Source: Candidatus Micrarchaeia archaeon
Lineage (GTDB): Archaea; Micrarchaeota; Micrarchaeia; Anstonellales; Bilamarchaeaceae
DNA length: 64,000 bases
Direction of reading: 5' to 3'
Assembly: GCA_041653635.1 (NCBI GenBank)
Contig: JBAZFC010000001.1
Coordinates: 335,426 to 399,425 of the forward strand
In this document: positions 9,679 through 17,270 of the stretch, piece after piece
Position numbering within the stretch: position 1 is the stretch's first letter
How the letters are laid out: every line of letters begins with the position of its first letter
The notes under the pieces: generated by a model
Told to the model about the DNA's origin: nothing
What the model saw: only the letters and a program-made list of their open reading frames with translations
Database searches by the model: none
Program-made: the position numbers and the translations under genes

Positions 9679-10683
9679 CTATGTGGGGGTCGGGCCCTCC
9701 GGATGATTTGCAGGTGGAGCTGCCTGTGCATCCGCTGTTGTTGCGGCCGGCTCCGCCTTAAGGCGGCGCTGCTCCTCCAGAATCTGCTCCCTCTTCCTGT
9801 TGTTGCCTGGCTCCAGGATGCCCATCACAAGAGAAACGGTCAGCCATTGGGCAACCGCAGCCAGGATGTATGCAAACACCGGTACCGTCGTTCCCGGTGC
9901 GGCCGTGAAAAACTGGTTGGCAATCTGGTGTACCTGGCCTAATGCGTCTGAATTAGGCTCTACTTCTACAAGGCTGCGGCCTGCCCCCATGAGGTTCGGG
10001 AGGTGGTAGCAAGTAAGCGCCACGAATGCGGCCTTGGAGGCGGATTTCACGAATTCCGCAACCACTTTTACCCTTTCGGTCAGCTTTTCATTGGCGAGCA
10101 CCATTCCTCTTTCAACGGACTCCGCGGCAGCCGTCCAGGCTTTCTTCAGCTGGCGCCATGCCTTGCGGCCCCATACGAATCCCACACCCAATGCTGCGCC
10201 GAGCCCGACTAAAGGAGAGGAAAGCACATCGCTGACAGGTTCAACAGCTGCACGCCAGTTGGTGAAGTTGTCAGTTATTATCCCATATGCGGAGCTGGCG
10301 GGATCCCTGCCATTTGCCAAGTCCCCGATGTTGTCTAATGCCTGGTAGATGAGTGTTGTCCCTGCTGCGCCCACCCCGATCTTCCTGGCCTGGGCCAAGG
10401 TTTTTTTGGTGGCCTCACTCCCTAGCCCTAGTTTATCCAGAAGTTTGCCCAGAAGAGTGATTTTTCCCGCCGGAGGTGCGGGTTGTGGCGCAACCTGCTG
10501 AGCCTGCTGCTGCGGGGCGGCCTGCTTTGGCTCCGCCGGCGTGAGCGATTCAAGAAATCTCTTGGCGAATTCGGGGTTCCTTCTAGCGACCTTAATCAGC
10601 AGTTTGCGCTCGGCATTTGTCATGGCCAAACAGCGCTGGCATACATTAGCACGGTCTCCGGCAAAACTATTTTGGCCCGCCAT
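9679..10683 (-). CDS. hypothetical membrane-associated protein (334 aa)
   Basis: ORF with Gln/Pro/Ala-rich linker, predicted hydrophobic segments; no recognised catalytic motif. Confidence 0.4.
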   Translation of the reverse strand: MAGQNSFAGDRANVCQRCLAMTNAERKLLIKVARRNPEFAKRFLESLTPAEPKQAAPQQQAQQVAPQPAPPAGKITLLGKLLDKLGLGSEATKKTLAQARKIGVGAAGTTLIYQALDNIGDLANGRDPASSAYGIITDNFTNWRAAVEPVSDVLSSPLVGLGAALGVGFVWGRKAWRQLKKAWTAAAESVERGMVLANEKLTERVKVVAEFVKSASKAAFVALTCYHLPNLMGAGRSLVEVEPNSDALGQVHQIANQFFTAAPGTTVPVFAYILAAVAQWLTVSLVMGILEPGNNRKREQILEEQRRLKAEPAATTADAQAAPPANHPEGPTPT

Positions 10684-10809
10684 TAGATAATGACTGCAAA
10701 AGTCTTTTTAAATACTCTTTTTTAACATAAATAAACACTCCTAATCTTTATAAAAGGTTTTATGGGTAAATAGGAATGCTCTTTGGTTAGAAGAGATGCA
10801 CGCCTCAGC

Positions 10810-10903
10810 GCGTAAGGAGTGCGTGCAAAGAATCCCTCTGGTGAAGTCGGGGGAGGTATGATTACCCTAAAGAGAGGAGGGGCGCTCCCCTCTTCTTCTT
10901 GGA
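10810..10903 (+). other. conserved ~95-nt leader element upstream of tRNA-Gly(GCC)
   Basis: Shares blocks GCGTAAGGAGTGCGTGCAAAG, TCCCTC-TG-GTGAAGT-GGG, GGGGCGCTCCCC with the region upstream of tRNA-Thr at the same spacing. Confidence 0.35.
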
Positions 10904-10974
10904 GCGGCCGTAGTCTAGCGGTAGGATTCTAGGTTGCCAATCTAGCGACCCGGGTTCAAATCCCGGCGGCCGCA
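10904..10974 (+). tRNA. tRNA-Gly (anticodon GCC)
   Basis: Cloverleaf read by eye: acceptor GCGGCCG/CGGCCGC, anticodon loop TTGCCAA, T-arm CCGGG-TTCAAAT-CCCGG, discriminator A. Confidence 0.85.
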
Positions 10975-10996
10975 TTTGCTAATCAAATCGAGCAAG

Positions 10997-11380
10997 ATGA
11001 AAACGATGCTAGCTCCGAAAGACCGCAAAAGAGAGAGTTCCGCGAGATATGTGGGGTGCTGCGGCGCTTATTGCAAAACATGCAAGCCATTCATCGAGGG
11101 ATACTGCAAGGGCTGCAAACTGGGTTTTGACACCGGGGAACGGGATATTTCCAAGGCAAAATGCAGGATTAAGCTGTGCTGCTTCAAGGAAAGAAAACTT
11201 CAGACCTGCGCGGACTGCAGGGATTTTTCCTCTTGCATGGTTATTGGGGAGTTCTACAGAAAGAAAGGGCACAAGTACGGGAAGTACAGGCAATCAATCG
11301 AATTCATAAGGAAGAACGGGTATGCAAAGTTCATCGGGCTTGCTGGCAAGTGGAGATGCGCATACGGGAAACTGGAATGA
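10997..11380 (+). CDS. cysteine-rich small protein (DUF3795-like)
   Basis: Track ORF 10976..11380 begins 2 nt after the tRNA so a downstream Met is more likely; many CxxC/CxC pairs (CCGAYCKTCK, CKGCK, CADCRDFSSC). Confidence 0.45.
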   Translation: MKTMLAPKDRKRESSARYVGCCGAYCKTCKPFIEGYCKGCKLGFDTGERDISKAKCRIKLCCFKERKLQTCADCRDFSSCMVIGEFYRKKGHKYGKYRQSIEFIRKNGYAKFIGLAGKWRCAYGKLE

Positions 11381-11430
11381 ACTGGCAATCAGATTTAATA
11401 AAACGTCGGGAGTAGAATAATAACCTCTTA

Positions 11431-11549
11431 GCCGAGGTCACATAACCCGGTAGTGTGCCGGTCTCGAACTGGTTCCAATCCAAAACGGATAGGAGCCGTG
11501 TGAAAACCGGTTCCGCAAGGAATTGCAGGTTCAAATCCTGCCCTCGGCG
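11431..11549 (+). tRNA. tRNA-Ser (anticodon CGA) with ~36-nt intron near position 37/38 and long variable arm
   Basis: Acceptor GCCGAGG/CCTCGGC, discriminator G, anticodon stem CCGGT...ACCGG interrupted by ~36 nt (11469/70..11504/05), variable arm TTCCGCAAGGAATT, T-arm GCAGG-TTCAAAT-CCTGC. Confidence 0.7.
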
Positions 11550-11588
11550 TTCTCTTCTATTTAATAAAATAATGGAAGAGAAAAGAAA

Positions 11589-11686
11589 TGCGTAAGGAGT
11601 ACGTGCAAAGCGTCCCTCCTGTGAAGTGGGAGGGGGTCAGAATGACACCTAAAAATGGGGGGAGCGCCCTCCCCGCGTTTTTGGTT
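11589..11686 (+). other. conserved ~95-nt leader element upstream of tRNA-Thr(CGT)
   Basis: Paralogous to 10810..10903; preceded by TATA-like TATTTAATAAAATAA. Confidence 0.35.
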
Positions 11687-11758
11687 GCCTCGGTAGCTCA
11701 GCGGTAGAGCGCTCGCCTCGTAAGCGAGAGGTCGGGGGTTCAATCCCCCTCCGGGGCT
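11687..11758 (+). tRNA. tRNA-Thr (anticodon CGT)
   Basis: Acceptor GCCTCGG/CCGGGGC (one G-U), D-arm TAGCTCAGCGGTAGAGC, anticodon loop CTCGTAA, T-loop TTCAATC. Confidence 0.8.
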
Positions 11759-11761
11759 TTT

Positions 11762-12442
11762 CTAATTATATGGGTGCGGGCACGCGCCATCCGCGCATCC
11801 GAGGCAGGCGAGCTCGGAATGGCCGTAGTGGGCCGTGGATTCAGGGCTTGGGCACGAGAACTCGTGCAGCGTGGTGCCGTCGCAGTAGTCCTCCTTCAGG
11901 ACCCTTTCCTCTATGGTCCCGTCCGAATAATAGTCCTGGTAGATTATCTGCCCTTTTATGTAGAGGTGGTACGCGCCCCCTCCGTCCGTGTCGTTGCACT
12001 CGCTGCGCACGAGCTCGCGGCTGCACATTCCGCCCTCGCACCCGTTTGCGCACTCATAGGCCGCGTAGCTTATCACATTCCCGTCGCAGTAGAATTCCTT
12101 CAGGTCGGAAGGGCTGAGGCAAACGTCCTCCTCCTGCTGCAGGACAGTGGAATCCGAGCGCAGCACGGCCACGGATTGGGAGAACCTGTCGTCGCCTCCC
12201 TGCTTGTAGCATGAGATGTTCGGCGGGGCCTCGGGTGGCGGCTCGGGCTGGGGAGAGGGCGTTTCATTCACGGCGGGCGGCGCCTGCGCGGGCGCTTCGG
12301 GAGGCGGATGCTGCACCGGTGGGCACAGGTAGGTGCTGTTGGCCACCGAGCCGTCGGGGCATATGTAGGTTATGCTGCGCTGCTGGAGGCAGCCTGCGAA
12401 GACAATAAGGAGAATAAGCGGAATTATTGCGGATAATTTCAT
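11762..12442 (-). CDS. secreted/lipoprotein-like cysteine-rich protein with Pro-rich linker
   Basis: N-terminal signal peptide with lipobox-like AGC (LILLIVFAGCLQ), Pro-rich spacer, repeated YCDG/ECANGCEGG Cys motifs. Confidence 0.5.
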   Translation of the reverse strand: MKLSAIIPLILLIVFAGCLQQRSITYICPDGSVANSTYLCPPVQHPPPEAPAQAPPAVNETPSPQPEPPPEAPPNISCYKQGGDDRFSQSVAVLRSDSTVLQQEEDVCLSPSDLKEFYCDGNVISYAAYECANGCEGGMCSRELVRSECNDTDGGGAYHLYIKGQIIYQDYYSDGTIEERVLKEDYCDGTTLHEFSCPSPESTAHYGHSELACLGCADGACPHPYN

Positions 12443-12562
12443 GACAACCCTTTCAAATTTCTGCTGGAAAATTATTATTCCTATGCCTGCCCCGCAAAAA
12501 ACTCCGGATGCGGCAAGCTTATCTCTTTTTATTATTTAGGTGGCAAATCAACTGGGGGACTC

Positions 12563-13084
12563 ATGCTTACGTACTCTAAGCTCAGGGAGCTGCAACGCGC
12601 CGAGATGCAGAACGCGGAGCTCTCAAAGCTTGAGGACGGCTTCTATGTGGAGCTGAAGGCGTTCCTGGGCGCGAGGGAGGGCGAGGCGAGGTCCACGCAG
12701 AACCTGCTCGTGATGAAGGAATGCGAGAACGTGAAGAGGATAGCGCGGGCGGTCATAAACAAGAGGATGGAGAAGATAGTGCTCGTGTCCATAAGGGGCA
12801 GGGACGAGGTGCCCGGCCTGACGGGCGAGGAGAGGGATTTCCTCTCCAGATTGAGGGGCGTTGTCTCCGAAAGGGAGGCCGCGATGCTCGGAATTGTGGA
12901 GGAAAGGGCCTGCGAGGCGAAGACGGATAATATTAAAAGAATTAAGTTCGTAAAGGATATAAGCCCCTACAAGGGTTTGAACGAGAAAATCTACGGCCCC
13001 TACAAGAGCGGGGAAGAGGCGGAGCTTCCGGGCGAAGAGGCGCAGTGGCTTCTCAAGGAAAAGATGGCGGAACTCCTCCAGTAG
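12563..13084 (+). CDS. GINS-like replication protein (Gins15/Gins51-type), tentative
   Basis: 173-aa helical ORF; N-terminal pattern LRELQRAE...LSKLEDGFY and C-terminal small beta-like domain resemble archaeal GINS A/B domains; assignment from pattern memory only. Confidence 0.4.
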   Translation: MLTYSKLRELQRAEMQNAELSKLEDGFYVELKAFLGAREGEARSTQNLLVMKECENVKRIARAVINKRMEKIVLVSIRGRDEVPGLTGEERDFLSRLRGVVSEREAAMLGIVEERACEAKTDNIKRIKFVKDISPYKGLNEKIYGPYKSGEEAELPGEEAQWLLKEKMAELLQ

Positions 13085-13104
13085 AAAAATAATGGTGATT
13101 TTGA

Positions 13105-13386
13105 ATGGAATTTCCAAAGGAGATTAGGACATACTGCCCGTACTGCAGGAAGCACTCAGTCATGAAGGTGAAGATTGCCAGCAGGGGCAGGGCGAGGGGG
13201 CTCGCCGAGGGCACCAGGAAGCACGAGAGGAGCCTGCACGGGCACGGCGGAAAGAGGAAAGGCAAAAAGACCGTGAAGAAGCAGGGGAAGAGGCAGAAGC
13301 TCATGCTCACGTGCAAGGTGTGCAACAAGAGCGTGGAGAAGGTCCTCCGCGGAAGGACGAAGAAGAAAGTGGAACTGAAGAGATGA
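13105..13386 (+). CDS. rpl44e: 50S ribosomal protein L44e
   Basis: 93-aa basic protein with YCPYCRKH ... CKVCNK zinc-ribbon pairs; conserved archaeal position upstream of S27e. Confidence 0.85.
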   Translation: MEFPKEIRTYCPYCRKHSVMKVKIASRGRARGLAEGTRKHERSLHGHGGKRKGKKTVKKQGKRQKLMLTCKVCNKSVEKVLRGRTKKKVELKR

Positions 13387-13556
13387 GGATTATGGGCAAA
13401 TTCATGAAGGTAAAGTGCGAGTGCGGAAACGAGCAGGTCACGTCCGAGAACGCCGCCACGAGGGTGAAGTGCAGGGTGTGCAACAAGCCGCTCATAGAGC
13501 CGAAGGGCGGGAAGGCGGTCGTCATCGGCGGCACCATAGTGTCGGAGATGGAGTGA
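13383..13556 (+). CDS. rps27e: 30S ribosomal protein S27e
   Basis: FMKVKCECGNEQV...VKCRVCNKPLIEPKGGKA C4 zinc finger; likely start at internal ATG 13383 overlapping rpl44e stop (ATGA). Confidence 0.85.
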   Translation: MRIMGKFMKVKCECGNEQVTSENAATRVKCRVCNKPLIEPKGGKAVVIGGTIVSEME

Positions 13557-14299
13557 TGGTGCAGCTTCCGCGTGAAGGCGAGCTGGCCATTGCCGTAGTG
13601 AAGAAGATAATGCCCTACGGGGCGTTCTGCACGCTTTCCGAGTACGGGGACATAGAGGCGTTCATGCATGTTTCCGAGGTCGCGCCCCGGTGGATAAAGA
13701 ACATACACGAATTCTTGTCGGAGAAGCAGAAGCTCGTCGTGAAAGTCCACAGGGTGGACGCGGCGAAGGGGCAGGTTGACGTTTCCCTGAAAAGGGTGAA
13801 TGAGGACGAGCGGAAGCGCAAGGTGGAGGGCGTAAAAAAAGAAACACGGGCGCTGAAGCTGCTCCAGGTCGCGCTCAAGAATTCAAAGAGCAAGAAGACA
13901 TTTGACGCGCTCAAATCCGAGATAACCGCGGAGTACGGGAACCTTTACGATTTCCTGGAGGCGGCGAGGGACGAGGGCGATGCGGCGTTCGAGGGGCTGG
14001 ACATAGACAAGGCGCTCAGGAAGGAGCTGGAGGGCCTTATCGTAAAATACGTGAAGAAGCCCATCACGCTGATAGCGAAGGTGCTGAAGATTACGTGCTA
14101 CGAGCCGGACGGCATGCAGGTGGTGAAGGGCGTGCTTGAGGGCGCGGACGCGCATTACCTCGGCGCGGGCAGGTACATGCTCAAGCTGGAGACAGAGGAC
14201 CCGAAGGCGGGCGAGAAGGAGATGGGGAAGAAGATAGCGGGGATAGAGAAGGGCCTGAAAGGGAAGGACTGCATATTTTCCGTAGAGGAAGCGAAATGA
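13556..14299 (+). CDS. translation initiation factor 2 alpha subunit (aIF2-alpha)
   Basis: S1-like N-terminal domain (GELAIAVVKKIMPYGAFCTL...MHVSEVA) then helical and alpha/beta domains; true start at Met 48 of track ORF (13556), overlapping S27e stop. Confidence 0.85.
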   Translation: MVQLPREGELAIAVVKKIMPYGAFCTLSEYGDIEAFMHVSEVAPRWIKNIHEFLSEKQKLVVKVHRVDAAKGQVDVSLKRVNEDERKRKVEGVKKETRALKLLQVALKNSKSKKTFDALKSEITAEYGNLYDFLEAARDEGDAAFEGLDIDKALRKELEGLIVKYVKKPITLIAKVLKITCYEPDGMQVVKGVLEGADAHYLGAGRYMLKLETEDPKAGEKEMGKKIAGIEKGLKGKDCIFSVEEAK

Positions 14300-14442
14300 A
14301 AAGGATGGCGAAGTGCGTCGTGTGCGGCGGATACACGATGAAGGCGGCGCATTGCGGCAAAAAAACGAAAATGGCGCACCCTCCGCCTTATAATCCTAAC
14401 GACCGTTATGCTAAGTACAGAAGGGCGGAGAAGGGATTTTGA
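14296..14442 (+). CDS. nop10: ribosome biogenesis protein Nop10
   Basis: 48-aa ORF not in the track (<60 aa): MKRMAKCVVCGGYTMKAAHCGKKTKMAHPPPYNPNDRYAKYRR, zinc-ribbon plus AHPP motif; canonical position after aIF2-alpha. Confidence 0.8.
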   Translation: MKRMAKCVVCGGYTMKAAHCGKKTKMAHPPPYNPNDRYAKYRRAEKGF

Positions 14443-15191
14443 TGATTGAAACGACGATAATTGAAAAACAGGGCGTGGGCAAGCTGAGGAACCCTGTGAT
14501 GGTGACCGGGCTGCCTGGCATAGGGCTGGTCGGGCAGGTTGTAGCAAAGTACATGATAAAGAAACTGAACGGGAAGAAGATAGCGGATTTGTATTCGCCG
14601 CACTTTCCGCACCAGGTGATGATGACCAGCAAGGGCGGCATAAGGCTGCTGAAGAACAAATTCTATCTCATAAAGCTCAAGGAGAGGGACCTCATACTGG
14701 TGGTGGGGGATGTGCAGGCGATAACCGGCAACGGCCAGTATGAAGTGGCGGGCAAGATGCTGGATTACGTGCAGAAGCACAAGGTCAAGACGATAATAAC
14801 GATAGGGGGTTACAGCTCCGGCAAGATGAGCGGGGACAAGAAGGTGTTCGCCGCCTCCAACAACCTCAGGACGATGAACAAATACAAGAACATGTTCGTC
14901 TTCGGGGAGACGAAGGGGTCGATAGTCGGGGTGGCTGGGCTGCTGCCCGCGCTGGCGCTCATACGGGGGATAGACGCGATGTGCGTGATGGGAGAGACGC
15001 ACGGCAGCTATGTGGACCCGTCCGCGGCGAAGGCGGTGCTTGAGAAATTGGCCAAATTGTTCTCCTTCAAGATAGACATGGAGCAGCTTGAGGCGGATGC
15101 GAAGGAGAGGGAGAAGATGATAAAGAAGATAGAGAGCGAGATAGAGAAGCAGGCCGCAGGAGGCAATAAAGACATTACGTACATAAGGTGA
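14442..15191 (+). CDS. proteasome assembly chaperone PAC2-family protein
   Basis: 249-aa ORF in the conserved archaeal L44e-S27e-aIF2a-Nop10-PAC2 gene string; start ATG overlaps Nop10 stop. Confidence 0.65.
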   Translation: MIETTIIEKQGVGKLRNPVMVTGLPGIGLVGQVVAKYMIKKLNGKKIADLYSPHFPHQVMMTSKGGIRLLKNKFYLIKLKERDLILVVGDVQAITGNGQYEVAGKMLDYVQKHKVKTIITIGGYSSGKMSGDKKVFAASNNLRTMNKYKNMFVFGETKGSIVGVAGLLPALALIRGIDAMCVMGETHGSYVDPSAAKAVLEKLAKLFSFKIDMEQLEADAKEREKMIKKIESEIEKQAAGGNKDITYIR

Positions 15192-15195
15192 TGTT

Positions 15196-15429
15196 ATGAA
15201 AGGGCAGGTTTCCGCTGAAATGCTGATATTGCTCGCGGTGGTAATCGCGATTGTCGCGCTCGCTGCGTCGGCCCTGATGAACACTGCGCAGGATAGCCGT
15301 GATGCGGTCACGGACAGGACCAACGACGTGCTGACAAACACCAACGACGTCGCCAACTGCAGGGCGTGCACAACCAATGGAGATTGCGGTAGCGGCGGCA
15401 CATGTACTGACAGGTGTTGCGAGCCTTGA
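15196..15429 (+). CDS. class III signal peptide (archaeal type IV pilin-like) small protein with Cys-rich C-terminus
   Basis: N-terminus MKGQVSAEMLILLAVVIAIVALA matches the archaeal prepilin signal (KGQ cleavage motif + hydrophobic helix); C-terminal CRACTTNGDCGSGGTCTDRCC. Confidence 0.6.
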   Translation: MKGQVSAEMLILLAVVIAIVALAASALMNTAQDSRDAVTDRTNDVLTNTNDVANCRACTTNGDCGSGGTCTDRCCEP

Positions 15430-15797
15430 TGAAGGGCCAGGTGACCGCGGAGTATCTTCTTCTTGTTGCGGTAGGGATTTCACTGCTTGGGATTTCCCTT
15501 GCCGCGCTTTCCACCATAAAAAATGCGGAGGGGACGGTGTATGCGAGGGAGAAGGCGAGGATGGCCGCCGGGGATTTGTCTTCCATTGCTTCTGAGGTTT
15601 GCGCATTGGGGGACGGAAATTCTAGAACCTATTCTTTGGAGAGCGCGGGGCTGGAATGCTCCGGAAATACTATTTCCGTGAGCGTGGGGAATGAGACGGC
15701 TTCTGCGGGCGTGCCGGGATGCGAAGTGGAGTGCGGGGGAGCGCATTCGGGCGGTGTAAGCATAAGGAATTCGCACGGGACTGTGATTATAGGATAG
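15429..15797 (+). CDS. class III signal peptide (archaeal type IV pilin-like) protein
   Basis: Internal start MKGQVTAEYLLLVAVGISLLG (track ORF 15414..15797); ATG overlaps upstream stop; several Cys in mature part. Confidence 0.6.
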   Translation: MKGQVTAEYLLLVAVGISLLGISLAALSTIKNAEGTVYAREKARMAAGDLSSIASEVCALGDGNSRTYSLESAGLECSGNTISVSVGNETASAGVPGCEVECGGAHSGGVSIRNSHGTVIIG

Positions 15798-16320
15798 ATT
15801 TGAGCAGCGGAATGAGTTCATGGTCTTTTTCTGCCCAGATTATGAAGCCATGGCCTTCCATGAGGATTATTTTGCCTTCTTTTGCCTTTGAGGAAACCGC
15901 ATTTGCAAGCTCAGGCGAGCCGTATGGAAGCTTTGGGACGAAAGGTAAGGAAGGTTTCCTTGAGAGCAAGGAATCGCCGTGGAAGTGCAGGATTGCAGAT
16001 GCGGGTACGGAGCGGTAGATAAAGTGGTGCATGAAGGACTCGGAGGAGGGGAGGGCTCCGGAATAGGAAAGGGAGAAATCGCTTTCGTTGACGGAAGCCA
16101 CATATGCGAGGTCCTCCTTCTTCAGGAGGGTGAGCTTGGAACCGGTGCCTTTTATCACAAACCCTTTTCCGCAGAGGACGCTGAGGTTGCCCTCGTTCGC
16201 GGATGGGGAAAGGAGACCCTTAAGGGTTGCATCCATGGCGAGGAGGCGGGAGGCGCATGCGCCTGGGACTCCACCCGGGACTTTTATAGCCCGGAACTTC
16301 ACGCCTTCATACTTTTCCAT
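15787..16320 (-). CDS. class II aldolase/adducin-like protein (tentative)
   Basis: 177-aa ORF with His-containing segment ILHFHGDS; sits next to an MtnA/e2b2-family gene, a context where class II aldolase-fold partners are common; weak assignment. Confidence 0.35.
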   Translation of the reverse strand: MEKYEGVKFRAIKVPGGVPGACASRLLAMDATLKGLLSPSANEGNLSVLCGKGFVIKGTGSKLTLLKKEDLAYVASVNESDFSLSYSGALPSSESFMHHFIYRSVPASAILHFHGDSLLSRKPSLPFVPKLPYGSPELANAVSSKAKEGKIILMEGHGFIIWAEKDHELIPLLKSIL

Positions 16321-17270
16321 AGGGCATCCGGGCTCCGGAATATTCCATTCTCGGTTATATGTGCGGTGACCAGGCGGGAGGGTGTGACGTCAAAGGCGGG
16401 GTTGAGGGCACGGGTGCCTTTCGCATAGATGTGCCTGCCGCCGATTTCAAGCACCTCTTTTTCGTCCCTGTGCTCTATCCGAATTGAGTTTCCGGATTTT
16501 AGGCGGGAGTCAAGAGTGGAGGAGGGGGCGGCGACGTAAAAGGGAATTTTGTGCGCATGCGCAAGCACTGCCAAATCGTAGGTGCCGACTTTGTTTGCGA
16601 AATCTCCGTTCCGGCATATGCGGTCCGCGCCGAGGATTACCAAATCAACCTCGCCCCTTGACATGAGGGAGGCCGCGGCGGAATCCACTACGACCCTATG
16701 TAGGATGTGCATCTTTTTGAGCTCCCAGGAGGTGAGCGCGCCCTGGAAGCGGGGGCGGGTTTCCTTCACCCACACGAAGGGTTTTTTTCCGGATTTGTGC
16801 GCAGCCGCGATTACGCCTAGGGCGGTGCCGTATTTTCCAACTGCGAGCGGGCCGGTATTGCAGTGGGTAAGGACTTTTGCGCCCTTTCCTATCAGCTTCT
16901 TCCCGTGTATGCCCAGCCTCCTGCATTTTTCATAGACGGATTTTTCCCATTCCCTCGCGAGGGGGAGGGGGGGTTTGCGCGCGTAGTTTGCGCGCATGAA
17001 GCGAAGGGCGTTGGCGAGGTCCACCGCGGTGGGGCGGGAGGCGAGGAGGGAATCAAATGCCTGGTTTTCCTTGCCTGCGGTGGCGCCGAGCGCGTAGCCG
17101 TAGGCAGCGGCTACGGAAATGGCTGGGGCGCCGCGGACCACCATATTCTTTATCGCGGCGGAAACCTGTGCATAGGTCTTGCATTTTACCTGCTCTTCTT
17201 TGTAGGGGAGCTTCCTCTGGTCAAGGAGAAATAAGGCGTTGTTGCGGAACGAGATGATTTCCATGGTCAT
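16299..17270 (-). CDS. eIF-2B alpha/beta/delta-like family protein (MtnA / ribose-1,5-bisphosphate isomerase type)
   Basis: Start at internal Met (MTMEIISFRNNALFLLDQRKLPY); motifs GAPAI, THCNTG, ETRPRFQGA, ILGADR typical of the e2b2/MtnA family. Confidence 0.8.
   Translation of the reverse strand: MTMEIISFRNNALFLLDQRKLPYKEEQVKCKTYAQVSAAIKNMVVRGAPAISVAAAYGYALGATAGKENQAFDSLLASRPTAVDLANALRFMRANYARKPPLPLAREWEKSVYEKCRRLGIHGKKLIGKGAKVLTHCNTGPLAVGKYGTALGVIAAAHKSGKKPFVWVKETRPRFQGALTSWELKKMHILHRVVVDSAAASLMSRGEVDLVILGADRICRNGDFANKVGTYDLAVLAHAHKIPFYVAAPSSTLDSRLKSGNSIRIEHRDEKEVLEIGGRHIYAKGTRALNPAFDVTPSRLVTAHITENGIFRSPDALWKSMKA

Noticed and set aside
10825-10900. Short peptide-coding interpretation of the conserved tRNA leader (for example MHASARKECVQRIPLVKSGEV)
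   Set aside because: Differences between the two copies are mostly non-synonymous and the frames end at different points; conservation fits an RNA or DNA element better.
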